DNA of 64,000 nucleotides from a candidate division FCPU426 bacterium (GCA_963771075.1 CAVYSE010000011.1:352001-416000); one strand, 5' to 3'; counted from the stretch's first letter, positions 37,700 through 48,191 are shown. Translations and numbers: made by a program. Notes: generated by a model not told the origin, from the sequence alone.

Positions 37700-38713
37700 G
37701 TGGCCACCATTAAGGATGTCGCCAAGCGAGCGGGAGTCACCATAGGAACAGTTTCCCGGGTCTTGAACAACAAAAAATGGGTCAGCGACGATTGCCGGAC
37801 AAAGGTCCAGGCCGCCATCAAGGATCTTCACTACAAACCCCAAGCCCATGCACGCCGCCTACGGCAAAAGCATTCTCAAATATGCGGGTTGATCGCACCC
37901 CACCACACCGCCATTTTCCGCAGTTCCTTTTTCACCAGCATCCTCGAGGGGATCGAGGAAGTGGCCGCCGAGAAACAGTACCGGCTCCTGCTTCACCCCC
38001 TGAACGAGACTGCGCGCGCCCAGATCTCCTACCGGGCCCTTTTGGGGGACGGCAGCGTGGATGGGATGTTCGTGCTGAACGCATGGTCCAGCGATGTTTC
38101 CATCCGGGAATTGGCGGAGGCCAATGTACCCTTCGTTTTGGTCAATGGAAAGATCACGGGACAGGACGACATGCCTTACGTGGGTTTCGACAACAAGAAG
38201 GGGGTGCAAAAGGCGGTGGAATACCTCGTCGGCCTGGGGCACCAGCGAATCGGTATCATCAACGGCCGCATGACCACTACCAACGCCTTGGAAAGGTTTC
38301 AGGGCTTTCAAGAGAACCTCGCGATACACCAACTGGATTTCCACCAGGAATGGACCGCCGACGGGGACTATGAGGAGGAGGGCGGCTACCGGGCGGCCTT
38401 GAAAATTTTATCGGCGGTCAGCCGGCCCAGCGCGATCATCTGCGCCAGCGACTTGATGGCCATGGGTGCCATCCGGGCCTTGAAAGACAAGGGAATCTCC
38501 GTGCCGGGGGATATTTCAATAATAGGTTTCGACAACATGGAGGAAGCGGCCTACCACGAGCCGGCCCTCACCACCGTGGCCTTTTCGCCCTATGAAATGG
38601 GTAAACTTTCGGCCAAGAAGATGTTCCAAATGATTTCGGGAGAGCCCTTGGCCGTGAAAGCCTCGACGTTGCAGCCCGAATTGATCGAGCGGGAATCGAC
38701 CCGGAAAATTTGA
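37700..38713 (+). CDS. LacI-family transcriptional regulator
   Basis: ATIKDVAKRAGVTIGTVSRVLN HTH; IIGFDN and PALTTV. Confidence 0.96.
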   Translation: MATIKDVAKRAGVTIGTVSRVLNNKKWVSDDCRTKVQAAIKDLHYKPQAHARRLRQKHSQICGLIAPHHTAIFRSSFFTSILEGIEEVAAEKQYRLLLHPLNETARAQISYRALLGDGSVDGMFVLNAWSSDVSIRELAEANVPFVLVNGKITGQDDMPYVGFDNKKGVQKAVEYLVGLGHQRIGIINGRMTTTNALERFQGFQENLAIHQLDFHQEWTADGDYEEEGGYRAALKILSAVSRPSAIICASDLMAMGAIRALKDKGISVPGDISIIGFDNMEEAAYHEPALTTVAFSPYEMGKLSAKKMFQMISGEPLAVKASTLQPELIERESTRKI

Positions 38714-38732
38714 ATTAAAAAAACCCATTATT

Positions 38733-38808
38733 TTAGAGACACGGGGTCAAAATTAACCCACTACCTAATTTAAAATCCCTTAGTTTCTCCCTGTCTCCGC
38801 GGCGAAAA
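38733..38808. repeat. Degenerate octamer inverted-repeat element
   Basis: agagacacgggg ... ctccctgtctccgcggcgaaaa. Confidence 0.5.
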
Positions 38809-38823
38809 TATTTTGAGAAAAAC

Positions 38824-38852
38824 AATAAACCCGGTACACACCGGGTTTTTTT
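38824..38852 (+). terminator. Intrinsic terminator
   Basis: aaacccggt/accgggttt followed by T-run. Confidence 0.7.
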
Positions 38853-38925
38853 ATTTGGGCAGTAACTCTTAGGGCTCGGGTTGGGGTATAAAAGGGCATG
38901 GGAAAATTAATGAATCATTCAAATA

Positions 38926-38954
38926 TTCACCTCAGAGACACAGAGGCACAGGGA
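38926..38954. repeat. Octamer-element left arm
   Basis: ttcacctcagagacacagaggcacaggga. Confidence 0.7.
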
Positions 38955-38969
38955 AAAGTTTATTATTCG

Positions 38970-40775
38970 ATGTCAGCAAAACCAAAAATCCAATTTAGAG
39001 AATTGTCCGTAAAACTTTTAATACTTGCCGTTTTATCCCTATTTACAAATCCGGTATGGCCACAAATGCCTGGGCCGCAAGGGGAGGTTTTCGGTCAAGC
39101 CATTCCTTCGGTTCAACCGATAGCTCCCGGTTCGACCTTTACGGCGGCGGTGGTGCTACAAATCCAGCCAGGCTGGCACATCAATGCCCATGATGGACTA
39201 CCGGAGGGCTTCATCCCCCTGACGGTTGCCCCGGTATCCGGGTCTCCCTTGAGCGTTACAGGAAATGTCCGGTATGAGGAAGGTATCCCTAAAACCCTCG
39301 CGGGGGAAACGAAACCCTTTCCGGTCTACCAGAAAAGCGCAACCCTCTTTTTGGACCTGGTTTTGGATCCTCGAACCCCACCGGGCAGGCTCCCCGCAAA
39401 AATTCAAATCCATTACCAGGCCTGCAACGACCAAATTTGCCTGGCCCCCGCCTCTTTGACCCTTGACCTTAACCTCATCGTGGGCCAGCCCGGGCAGGCG
39501 GTGACGCCGGTTAACCCCGAGGTTTTCAACAACCCCCGCGCCTCTGCGGCCAGCCCCGCGACGGAGAACATCATTTCCCGTTTCTTCCGTGAAAAGGGTC
39601 TTTTCTTAACTTTCCTTTTGATCTTCTTGGGCGGGCTGGCCCTGAATATGACCCCTTGCGTCTATCCCATGATTCCCCTGACGGTTTCCTATTTCGGATC
39701 CCAAAAGGCCGAAAAACCCATGGTGATCCTGAACCGGGCCATCGCTTACGTGATAGGTATTTCCCTCACCTATTCCGGTCTGGGGGTGACGGCCGCCTTG
39801 ACCGGGAAGATATTGGGTTCCACCCTACAATCCCCCGTGGTCCTAGTGGGAATCTCCCTGGTCTTAGTGATCCTTTCCTTATCCATGTTTGGGCTTTATG
39901 AAATCCAAGCCCCTAGCTGGCTTTTAAACAAGGTCGCCGCGGGAAACACCCAAGGTTGGTTGGGGGCCCTGGGAATGGGTTTGGTCTTTGGCATCGTGGC
40001 CGCGCCTTGTGTGGACCCATTTTCCATCGGTCTCCTCACCTATGTGGCCGCCAAGGCCAACCCCTTCCTGGGGTTCATCCTTTTTTTCACCCTGTCCTTG
40101 GGGTTGGGGTTCCCCTATCTGTTGCTGGGGTTTTTCTCGGGAGAGTTGGGCCGCCTGCCCAAGGCCGGGACCTGGATGGTTTGGGTTAAGAAGGTCTTCG
40201 GCTTAGTGCTTTTAGGGATGCCGCTTTACTTTTTGGCTCCGCTACTGCCTGATGGGTTCAACCGGATTGCCGTTCCCGCCTACCTGGGAATGGGCGGTTT
40301 CCTGTTAGGCTGGGTCTTCGCTGGCGGTTCCGTGGCGTTGGGGTTTAAAAGATTCCAACGAATGGCCGGGGTCCTTCTGATCCTGGGGGGCGTGGGCCTA
40401 TTCCAGGTATGGCCCAAACCGGCGGAAAGTTATTTCGCCCCTTACGATCCCGCGTTGCTTTCCCAAGCCCAGACCCAAGGGAAACCAGTCCTGGTGGATT
40501 TCTCCGCTTCCTGGTGCATCCCCTGCAAGGAACTGGAACTGAAGACTTTCTCCGACCCGAATGTGAGAGAGGCTCTGAAACCTTGGGTGCTTTTAAAGGC
40601 GGACCTGACCCAATATTCCTCCGGGCCAGTGGAGGCTTTGAAGAAACAATTCGGCATCATGGGTGTGCCAACTCTGGTGTTTGTGGGGCCGGATGGTAAA
40701 GAAAGGCAGGAACTTAGATCGGTGGGGTTTGTTTCTGCGCATGAGCTACTTCAGAAGATCGAAAAAAATCGTTAA
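38970..40775 (+). CDS. dsbD: Thiol:disulfide interchange protein DsbD
   Basis: N-domain GWHIN, YQACNDQIC; TM domain TPCVYPMIP, APC; thioredoxin domain WCIPC; start uncertain. Confidence 0.93.
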   Translation: MSAKPKIQFRELSVKLLILAVLSLFTNPVWPQMPGPQGEVFGQAIPSVQPIAPGSTFTAAVVLQIQPGWHINAHDGLPEGFIPLTVAPVSGSPLSVTGNVRYEEGIPKTLAGETKPFPVYQKSATLFLDLVLDPRTPPGRLPAKIQIHYQACNDQICLAPASLTLDLNLIVGQPGQAVTPVNPEVFNNPRASAASPATENIISRFFREKGLFLTFLLIFLGGLALNMTPCVYPMIPLTVSYFGSQKAEKPMVILNRAIAYVIGISLTYSGLGVTAALTGKILGSTLQSPVVLVGISLVLVILSLSMFGLYEIQAPSWLLNKVAAGNTQGWLGALGMGLVFGIVAAPCVDPFSIGLLTYVAAKANPFLGFILFFTLSLGLGFPYLLLGFFSGELGRLPKAGTWMVWVKKVFGLVLLGMPLYFLAPLLPDGFNRIAVPAYLGMGGFLLGWVFAGGSVALGFKRFQRMAGVLLILGGVGLFQVWPKPAESYFAPYDPALLSQAQTQGKPVLVDFSASWCIPCKELELKTFSDPNVREALKPWVLLKADLTQYSSGPVEALKKQFGIMGVPTLVFVGPDGKERQELRSVGFVSAHELLQKIEKNR

Positions 40776-40796
40776 GACCAATCAAGAAGAAAAGAC

Positions 40797-40895
40797 TTCT
40801 CCGCAAAGGCGCAGAGACACAGAGGACGCAAAGAATAACAAAGGCGTTTTTTGGGGGCGAAGAAATATTGGTTTAACTGTGACTCTGTGGTAAAA
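40797..40895. repeat. Octamer inverted-repeat element
   Basis: ccgcaaaggcgcagagacacagaggacgcaaag ... ctgtgactctgtggtaaaa. Confidence 0.7.
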
Positions 40896-40907
40896 GCCCG
40901 AAATGTT

Positions 40908-41105
40908 TTAATCTTCCTCGATTAAGTGAAATTCTCGGTGGGGCGCGGCGCAAGAAGGGCAATAGTCGGGGACCCCGCATTTGCGGTGGGCCAGGAGACC
41001 GCATTGGCCACAACGCCAAAGAAGTTCCCGCAAATCAGAAACGGCGTCATAAGTGAATTGGTTGAGGATCTTGATCTTTGACTCGAACTTGAACCCATTG
41101 GTCAT
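40908..41105 (-). CDS. Small rubredoxin-like Zn/Fe-ribbon protein (65 aa)
   Basis: WRCGQCG...PDYCPSCAAP..EF; GGAAGG SD before ATG 41105. Confidence 0.7.
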   Translation of the reverse strand: MTNGFKFESKIKILNQFTYDAVSDLRELLWRCGQCGLLAHRKCGVPDYCPSCAAPHREFHLIEED

Positions 41106-41402
41106 TCGATTTCCTTCCGTGAACCACATCTCAAACTACCCACCTACTTTATGCCTGGAACATTGGAAGGGAACCTTTCCGGATGTTAAATCAGGTTAAA
41201 CAAATAACCATGGTGTTTTCGCAATTTGGCTTAAAGGGCTTTGTGAAAGCGATACAAGCAGTGAAGTTTTTAGGGGCGTTTTCGAAAACTCAATGAATTT
41301 GACGCTAAAATTTCAGTATTCAATCCTGACAAGGAACAATTCAAAAGGTTTCATGACCTGCTTTATTTAGGTTTCGCGATTTTAGTTTGTTTTAGGCGGA
41401 GT

Positions 41403-42761
41403 TTATTCGCCCAATTTTCTTAGGGTGTCGAATGAATAGAGCCCCGTGCCGTGGCCGTCTGACCACTGAAAGTGGAGGGCATAACGGCCCACCGGGTCCA
41501 CTCCCTCGATCTTTACGTCGGGGTCCACTGATTCCAAATTAATCATCCGCTGGCCCGTATCCTCGTTCACGCAGGAAGCGCAGGGGCACATGCTCCTCAA
41601 ATAACGGTTGGGATAGCGGGTAATCTTTCCATCGTCCCAAGTGATAACCGTGACCTTGTCGTCCTGGGTGTTTACTTCCTGGGGCCGGTTGGTGATCCGC
41701 GCCGTGGCGGCATTGATCAAGGAAAGTTGGGCCGCCATCTGAAGGGCGATGAGACCATAGGCTTTTCCGGAGGCCGAATCGGGATGGGCAGCCACAGTAG
41801 GAACTCCCGAGTCCCCATCCTCGGCGATCAAGGGTTCCAGGGGAACCTCCCCCAGGAAGGGAACAGCCAGTTCCTCCGCCATCCTTTTACCTCCGCCTTT
41901 CTTAAAGATGGGGGTAATCTCCTGGCAATGGGAACAAACGAAACCGCTCATGTTCTCCACGATGCCCAGAATCGGCACCTGAACCTGTTGAAACATACGC
42001 AACCCCTTCTGGGTGATATGCCGGGCCACGTCCTGGGGAGTCGTCACCAAGACGGCCCCCGCCAAGGGTACGGACTGGGTGAGGGTAAGTTGGATATCAC
42101 CGGTCCCCGGGGGAAGGTCAATCAAGAGGTAATCCAGGGCCCCCCATTCGACCCCCGCCAGGAACTGCTGAACCAGCTTGCTGGCCATGGGCCCCCGCCA
42201 GATAAGGGCGGTGTCGCTGTCCTGTTGGAGCATCCCCACGCTCATGAACTTGATGCCGTGCTTCTCGAACGGGATCATTTTCTTGGAAAGGGGGTCGGTA
42301 TCGGGCTGGCGACCCATCACCCCCAACATACGGGGAATGGAGGGGCCGTAAACGTCGGCGTCCATCAAACCGACGGCGGCACCGGTTTTGGCCAGGGCTA
42401 GCGCCAGGTTGGAGGAAACGGTGCTTTTACCCACCCCGCCCTTGCCCGAGGCGATGGCGATAAGGTTCTTCACCATGGGCATATTCAGGTTTTTGACGCC
42501 GGTAGGGGCCTGACGCACGTTGGAAGTCATTTTGACCTCCACCGAAGTGACACCGGGAAGCTTTTGAACGGCCGCTTGGGCCTGGGTCTTGAAAAGGTCC
42601 TTTACCGGGCAGGCGGGGGTGGTAAGTTCCAGGTCAAACCGGACCTTCCCCCCTTCGATAGCCAGGTTCTTCACGAAACCCAAGGACACGATGTCCTGGT
42701 GCAGGTCGGGGTCTTTGATGGGGCGAAGGGCGTTCAAAATATTCTGTTCGGATAGGCTCAT
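41403..42761 (-). CDS. apbC: Mrp/ApbC Fe-S carrier ATPase with N-terminal DUF59 and C-terminal DUF971 domains (HCF101-like)
   Basis: DPDLHQDIVSLG/LTTPACP; SGKGGVGKST; DLPPGTGD; ENMS..CSHC; LRSMCPCASC...VGRYAL...WSDGH. Confidence 0.92.
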   Translation of the reverse strand: MSLSEQNILNALRPIKDPDLHQDIVSLGFVKNLAIEGGKVRFDLELTTPACPVKDLFKTQAQAAVQKLPGVTSVEVKMTSNVRQAPTGVKNLNMPMVKNLIAIASGKGGVGKSTVSSNLALALAKTGAAVGLMDADVYGPSIPRMLGVMGRQPDTDPLSKKMIPFEKHGIKFMSVGMLQQDSDTALIWRGPMASKLVQQFLAGVEWGALDYLLIDLPPGTGDIQLTLTQSVPLAGAVLVTTPQDVARHITQKGLRMFQQVQVPILGIVENMSGFVCSHCQEITPIFKKGGGKRMAEELAVPFLGEVPLEPLIAEDGDSGVPTVAAHPDSASGKAYGLIALQMAAQLSLINAATARITNRPQEVNTQDDKVTVITWDDGKITRYPNRYLRSMCPCASCVNEDTGQRMINLESVDPDVKIEGVDPVGRYALHFQWSDGHGTGLYSFDTLRKLGE

Positions 42762-42871
42762 GGGGTGGGGTCTCCTTGGGTTTATGTGAACCCATAAAAT
42801 GGGTTTTAAAATCCGAAAATGCAAGTTTCCTTTTAATAAAATTTTTTTCCCCCAATGGCACAACCCCGATC

Positions 42872-43016
42872 TCGCCATAGAGGCTCAGAGCCACAGAGAA
42901 AACATCCAAGATCAATGTTTAATTCTCGGCTTTAAAACCCCAAGGGTTCAATCCGACACTGAAAACTCAAAGTTCATTTTTTGTCGTTCTCTGCGCCTAT
43001 GTGACTTTGTGGTGGT
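42872..43016. repeat. Octamer inverted-repeat element
   Basis: cgccatagaggctcagagccacagagaa ... ctctgcgcctatgtgactttgtggt. Confidence 0.7.
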
Positions 43017-43183
43017 TATTTAGTTAGCGCCGAACGTTCAATTTTCCCGTGAAAGCGGATAAAATAACCCCCGTCTTTCCTCCCTTAAAAAAGAGATCAC
43101 AGAAGAATGAATCACCCCTTTTCCCAATGGATGAGGGAAATTCGGTCCTTTTCACCGGACCCTCGAAAAGCAAAGGTCGCGTT

Positions 43184-45685
43184 ATGAAAGCCCTTATCCT
43201 GGCCGGTGGTTTCGGAACCCGCATGCGCCCACTCACCATCAACCTGCCCAAACCCATGATACCGATGGTCAACCGGCCCATTATGGAGATTATCGTGGAT
43301 CTGCTGAAAAAACATGGATTCACCGACCTCGTCAGCGTGGTGTTCTACCAGCCGGAAGTCATCACCGAATATTTCCGGGACGGCGCCGATTTCGGGGTGA
43401 AAATGCAGTACGAGGCTGCGGAAAGCGACCTGGGCACGGCGGGTTCGGTCAAGCATTGCCAGGGGTTGATCGAGAAAAAACGGTTTCTCATCATTTCGGG
43501 GGACGTCCTGACCGATTTCGACCTGACCGAGGCTCTCGCTTTCCATGAGAAGAACAAGGCCCAGGCCACCATGATCCTCACACGGGTCGAAAACCCCCTC
43601 GCCTTTGGGGTCGTCATCACCGGAGCGGACGGCAAGATCCAGCGTTTCCTGGAAAAGCCCACTTGGGGCGAGGTCTTTTCCGACACGGTCAACACGGGCA
43701 TTTATATCCTCGAGCCAGAGGTCCTGGACCTGATCCCGGATCGGGAGGATTTCGATTTCTCTAAGAATCTTTTCCCGCTCATGCTTCAAAAGGGTTTGCC
43801 GCTCTACGGTTACGTGGCCCAGGGTTATTGGGCCGATATCGGCAATCTGGACCAGTACCGACTGGCCCATCAGGATGTGTTCGCGGGCAAGGTGGAGGTC
43901 AGCATCCAGGGTTCCCGTTTGAACCGGGTGGGCAAGGAAATCTGGGCGGGGGAAAGAAGCTCCATCGATCCCACGGCGCAATTGACGGGAACGGTGGTGG
44001 TCGGCAGGGACTGCCACGTGGGGAAACATGTGAAGATCACCAACTCGGTCCTGGGCGACGGTTGCCAGATCGGGGAGGGCGCGGTCCTGACCAACGCGAT
44101 CCTTTGGCGCAACGTGGCCTTGGAGGCCGGGGCCCAGGTACGCGAGTGCGTGATCGCGTCCGGCGCCGACGTGCGCGAGAAGGCCAATATCTTCGAGGGT
44201 GTCATCGTCTCCGATAACTGTACCATCGGCCGGGAGGCCGTGATCAAGGCGGGCGTGAAGGTCTGGCCCAACAAGGTGGTGGAGGACGGAGCCCAGCTTT
44301 CCACCTCTCTCGTTTGGGGCGACAAGTGGTCCCGGTCGATTTTCGGGCAACATGGGGTCACCGGCATGGCCGGAATCGACATTACGCCGGAATTCGCGAG
44401 CAAGCTGGGAGCGGCCTACGGGGCTTCCCTTCCCAAAGGCTCCACGATCCTGACCGCGCGCGATATCCACAAGACCAGCCGCATGATCAACCGGGCTTTG
44501 ATTTCGGGCATCCTCTCCTCCGGTGTCAATGTGCACGACCTGCAGGAAATGCCCATTCCCGTGGCGCGCTACGCCGTGCCCAAGCTTTCCGACGCGGGGG
44601 GATTGCATACCCGCAAGAGCCCCTTCGATGAGCAATTCATTGACATCAAATTCTTCGATGGCCGGGGCCTGGCCCTTTCCTCCGGCAAGGAAAAGGGGAT
44701 CGAGAGCCTTTTTTACCGCGAGGATTTTCGTCGCGCCACCATGGAGGAAACCGGCGAACTGGTTTTTCCCCACCGCATGCTTGAGTTTTATCACCAGGGT
44801 TTCCTGGATGCCCTAGAGGTGAAAGCCATCGTGGACCACAAGCCCAAGGTAGTCATCGACTACGCCTTTTCGGCGGCTTCCCCCATCTTCCCATGGCTTT
44901 TGGGGAAACTGGGTTGCGAGGTGGTGGCCCTGAACGCCTACATGGATGAATCCAAGCTCACCAAAACCCCCGAGCAGTTTCAGGCCGCCCTGAAGCAGCT
45001 TTCCGACATCGTACCGACCCTCCACGCCCACTTTGGTGTATTGTTCGACGCGGGCGCGGAGAAGATTTTCGTGGTGGATGAGAAGGGGCATTTGCTGGCC
45101 GGAACCGAATTGCTGGCTCTGTTCTCCCTTTATATGTATCACCGAATTAAGGGGACGAAGACGGTGGTTCCCATCAACGCTTCCCAAGTTTTGGACGAAC
45201 TGGCCAAGGCCAACGGGGGGAGCATCCAGCGCACCCGCACGACCTATTATTCCCTTATGGAAGCGGCCACCCAGCCGGGCGTGTCCCTGGTGGGTGAACC
45301 GGACGGGGGCTTCATTTTCACCTCCTTCGCGCCCCACATGGACGCCATGATGTCCACTGCTAAACTAATGGAATTTCTAGCCCTGGAACGCAAGCCCATC
45401 TCCAGCTACCTCCAGCAGATCCCCAAGAAGCACGAAATCTCCCAGAAGGTTCCCTGCTCCTGGGAAATGAAGGGGACCATCATGCGGCACCTGATCGAAG
45501 ATACGGAAAAACTGCAGAGGGAACTGATCGATGGGGTCAAGATCCATCAGGAAGGATCTTCCGTCATGATCCTGCCCGACGCGGACTTAGCCTTCTTTCA
45601 CGTCACGGCCGAGGCAGAGACCGAGAAGACGGCGAAAGACTTAGTTGATTCCTACGTAGAGAAAATTAAAAAGTGGCATGGGTAA
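43184..45685 (+). CDS. Mannose-1-phosphate guanylyltransferase / LbH / PMM-like fusion
   Basis: LAGGFGTRMRPLT..LPKPM, FLEKP, left-handed beta-helix repeats; C-terminal phosphohexomutase fold lacking SHN and DxDxD. Confidence 0.92.
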   Translation: MKALILAGGFGTRMRPLTINLPKPMIPMVNRPIMEIIVDLLKKHGFTDLVSVVFYQPEVITEYFRDGADFGVKMQYEAAESDLGTAGSVKHCQGLIEKKRFLIISGDVLTDFDLTEALAFHEKNKAQATMILTRVENPLAFGVVITGADGKIQRFLEKPTWGEVFSDTVNTGIYILEPEVLDLIPDREDFDFSKNLFPLMLQKGLPLYGYVAQGYWADIGNLDQYRLAHQDVFAGKVEVSIQGSRLNRVGKEIWAGERSSIDPTAQLTGTVVVGRDCHVGKHVKITNSVLGDGCQIGEGAVLTNAILWRNVALEAGAQVRECVIASGADVREKANIFEGVIVSDNCTIGREAVIKAGVKVWPNKVVEDGAQLSTSLVWGDKWSRSIFGQHGVTGMAGIDITPEFASKLGAAYGASLPKGSTILTARDIHKTSRMINRALISGILSSGVNVHDLQEMPIPVARYAVPKLSDAGGLHTRKSPFDEQFIDIKFFDGRGLALSSGKEKGIESLFYREDFRRATMEETGELVFPHRMLEFYHQGFLDALEVKAIVDHKPKVVIDYAFSAASPIFPWLLGKLGCEVVALNAYMDESKLTKTPEQFQAALKQLSDIVPTLHAHFGVLFDAGAEKIFVVDEKGHLLAGTELLALFSLYMYHRIKGTKTVVPINASQVLDELAKANGGSIQRTRTTYYSLMEAATQPGVSLVGEPDGGFIFTSFAPHMDAMMSTAKLMEFLALERKPISSYLQQIPKKHEISQKVPCSWEMKGTIMRHLIEDTEKLQRELIDGVKIHQEGSSVMILPDADLAFFHVTAEAETEKTAKDLVDSYVEKIKKWHG

Positions 45686-45723
45686 CTATAAGTTATAAAA
45701 AGGATTTCATTGAGAAGCTACTT

Positions 45724-46337
45724 ATGAACCGGTTGTTAAAAAGCGCATTCTTTGTTCTGGCCTTTCTAATGAATACTGCAATTGTTTTTGGAATGGATGC
45801 AAAGCCCGAGGAATTTCAGATAAATCAAAAACCGTCCCATTTTTTCCTGGTGGGATTTATTCCAACTTTGAAATTAATTGGTATTCAAAACATCTAACGG
45901 CGTTGAATGAGCCGTCCTTGTTTGAAAATTCAAAGGCCGCGTTCAAACAAACGTATCGGTTTTTATGGCTCAGATCTTTACATCATCCGGTAAGCATCAG
46001 GCTTACGGTGAATGAAGATGAGACGGGTGAATTGGTTGTAAAAATGACAAACGGTGCTGGTGGGTATCAACCAGGAATCTTGATTACAAATGAACTTTTA
46101 AAAGTTACTAAACCCCAGGTTTCTAATTTTCTAAAGAGGATTGATTCAATTGGATTTTGGAATATGAAACCAAAAACCGGAATTGCTGGTTTAGATGGCG
46201 CTCGATGGATATTGGAAGGGGTTCGGCATAGAAAATATCATTTGATTGATCGTTGGACTTCGGACACGAAAGAAATTAGAGAGCCGGCTTTAGCACTTAT
46301 TCACTTAGCAAAACTAAATGTCGTTGAAGTTTATTAG
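45724..46337 (+). pseudogene. AT-rich secreted hypothetical protein split by a frameshift; possibly an artefact
   Basis: Signal-peptide ORF from ATG 45724 joins FFPGGIYSNFEINWYSKHLTALNEPSL...YRFLWLRS if one T is added to the T6 run at 45840-45845. Confidence 0.55.
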
Positions 46338-46485
46338 CAAACATATGATTAGATTTTCATGGCAGCAATAATTTGGTTTGTTGTAAGTATTAGTTTCATT
46401 TGAATTTTGAAGAGCAAATCCATTGCGTCCTTTTTTCTTTTTCCCTAAACTCTCTTCGCTCTTTAAAACCCTTAAGGAATAACCC

Positions 46486-47916
46486 ATGGCCAAGATCACG
46501 TTTGGAACTTCAGGCTGGCGCGCCATCATTGCGGAGGATTTCACCTTCGCCAACGTGAAGATCGCCGTGGCGGCCATCGCCCAACATCTGCAAAAGACCG
46601 GCGAGGCCTCCAAGGGCGTGGTGGTGGCAGGGGACTACCGGTTCCTTACCGAGGAATTCATGCAGTTGACCGCCAGGGTGCTGACGGGCCACGGCATCAC
46701 CTCCTTCATGTGCCCTATCGGCACGCCGACCCCAACCGTTTCCTACGAACTGATCCGCCGCAAGACGGCGGGTTCCATCAACTTCACCGCCAGCCATAAT
46801 CCCGCGGCCTACCAGGGGCTTAAGTTCAACGGCTCCGACGGGGGTCCGGCGCCGGTTCAAGTCACAATGTCCCTCGAGTCGCTCGCCGAGAGTATTTCCG
46901 CGCAGGGGGGTAAGGTTCCCGAACTCAGCTATGCCGAGGCCGAAGCCAAGGGGCTGGTCGTCCCCATCGATCCCAAGCCGGCTTATTTTGAACGTCTTCG
47001 CCAGTTGGTGCAGTTCGAAACAATACGAAAGGCCCGGATGAAGATCGTGGTGGACCTGATGCACGGAAACGGCCTGGGCTATATGGATACCCTGCTTCAG
47101 GAAGCGGGGGTCAACGCGAAGGTCATGCACAATACCCGCGATCCCTTCTTCGGCGGGGCGGGGCATCATCCCGAGCCGGGGGAAGAAGAACTGAGTGAAG
47201 CCATCCATCTCGTGAAGACCTTGCCGGCCCATTTAGGGCTTGCCAACGACGGGGACGCGGACCGCTTCGGGATCATTGATGCCGACGGTAGTTTCATCAC
47301 TCCCAATCAAGTCTTGCCCATTCTCTTCGCCCATCTTTTAAAGACCCGCGACTGGAAGGGCTGCGTGGTTCGCACCCTGGCCACGACCTCCCTGATGGAT
47401 GCCATCGCCAAGGCCAACAATGTGACCCTCAAGGAAACCCCGGTGGGGTTCAAATACATCGCCGAGGTCATGGCCCAGGAGCCGATCATCATCGGCGGGG
47501 AAGAGTCGGGTGGCCTCACGGTTCACGGCCATGTTCCCGAAAAAGACGGGATCCTGGCCAACCTTTTAATGGCCGAAGTGGTGGCCCAGGAAGGCAAGAC
47601 CTTGGCCGCAGTCTTAAAAGGCCTCCATCAGCAGTACGGCGCCTTTTATTCTGACCGCCTCAACCTTAGGTTGAAGGACGGTTTGAAGGAAGTCATGACG
47701 GCCCGTTTGAAGGACAATCCCCCCTCCGACCTGGCTGGCAAGAAAGTGGTTGACCTGATCCGCAAGGACGGGGTGAAGTTCCTCCTGGAGGGCGGGGAAT
47801 GGATGATGGTCCGCTTTTCCGGGACCGAGCCGCTGATGCGTTGCTACATGGAATCCCGCACTCCCGAAGGTTTGGCCAAACTCCGTCTGGCGGGAAAAGA
47901 ACTAACCCAGGTTTAG
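46486..47916 (+). CDS. Phosphoglucomutase/phosphomannomutase
   Basis: FGTSGWR, TASHNP, DGDADR, GEESGG and RFSGTEP motifs. Confidence 0.96.
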   Translation: MAKITFGTSGWRAIIAEDFTFANVKIAVAAIAQHLQKTGEASKGVVVAGDYRFLTEEFMQLTARVLTGHGITSFMCPIGTPTPTVSYELIRRKTAGSINFTASHNPAAYQGLKFNGSDGGPAPVQVTMSLESLAESISAQGGKVPELSYAEAEAKGLVVPIDPKPAYFERLRQLVQFETIRKARMKIVVDLMHGNGLGYMDTLLQEAGVNAKVMHNTRDPFFGGAGHHPEPGEEELSEAIHLVKTLPAHLGLANDGDADRFGIIDADGSFITPNQVLPILFAHLLKTRDWKGCVVRTLATTSLMDAIAKANNVTLKETPVGFKYIAEVMAQEPIIIGGEESGGLTVHGHVPEKDGILANLLMAEVVAQEGKTLAAVLKGLHQQYGAFYSDRLNLRLKDGLKEVMTARLKDNPPSDLAGKKVVDLIRKDGVKFLLEGGEWMMVRFSGTEPLMRCYMESRTPEGLAKLRLAGKELTQV

Positions 47917-47974
47917 GATTTCGGTAACTGTTCAGCACGACTAAAAAAAACATCCAATACAAAGATAGGAAGAC

Positions 47975-48007
47975 ACCCCATATGATTCACCGTGAATCAT
48001 ATGGGGT
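47975..48007. repeat. Perfect 16-bp-arm palindrome
   Basis: accccatatgattcac-c-gtgaatcatatggggt. Confidence 0.85.
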
Positions 48008-48191
48008 AGTACCGCCATCATTAAACCAATCAAATGGAGGGGCGGCACACAAAGGACAGTAAAAGAAGAATGAATGCCTAAAAAATATCTTAAACCAGGG
48101 CCCTTTTTGCCTTTCTTCCTGGCTTAGTGGCTTCGTGTTGGCTTTGGGTTTGTCGGGCCTGAACTATTACGAATTTTGAATATAAAGGGTT

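Noticed and set aside
38898..43183. N-terminal extensions of dsbD (38898), apbC (42878) and GMPP (43049)
   Set aside because: They run through repeat arms or non-homologous sequence. Downstream ATGs fit the domain starts better.
43112..44794. 560-aa antisense ORF (likewise 56755..58221, 18697..19860, 473..1195)
   Set aside because: Shadow ORFs opposite clear genes in GC-rich DNA, with no recognisable motifs.
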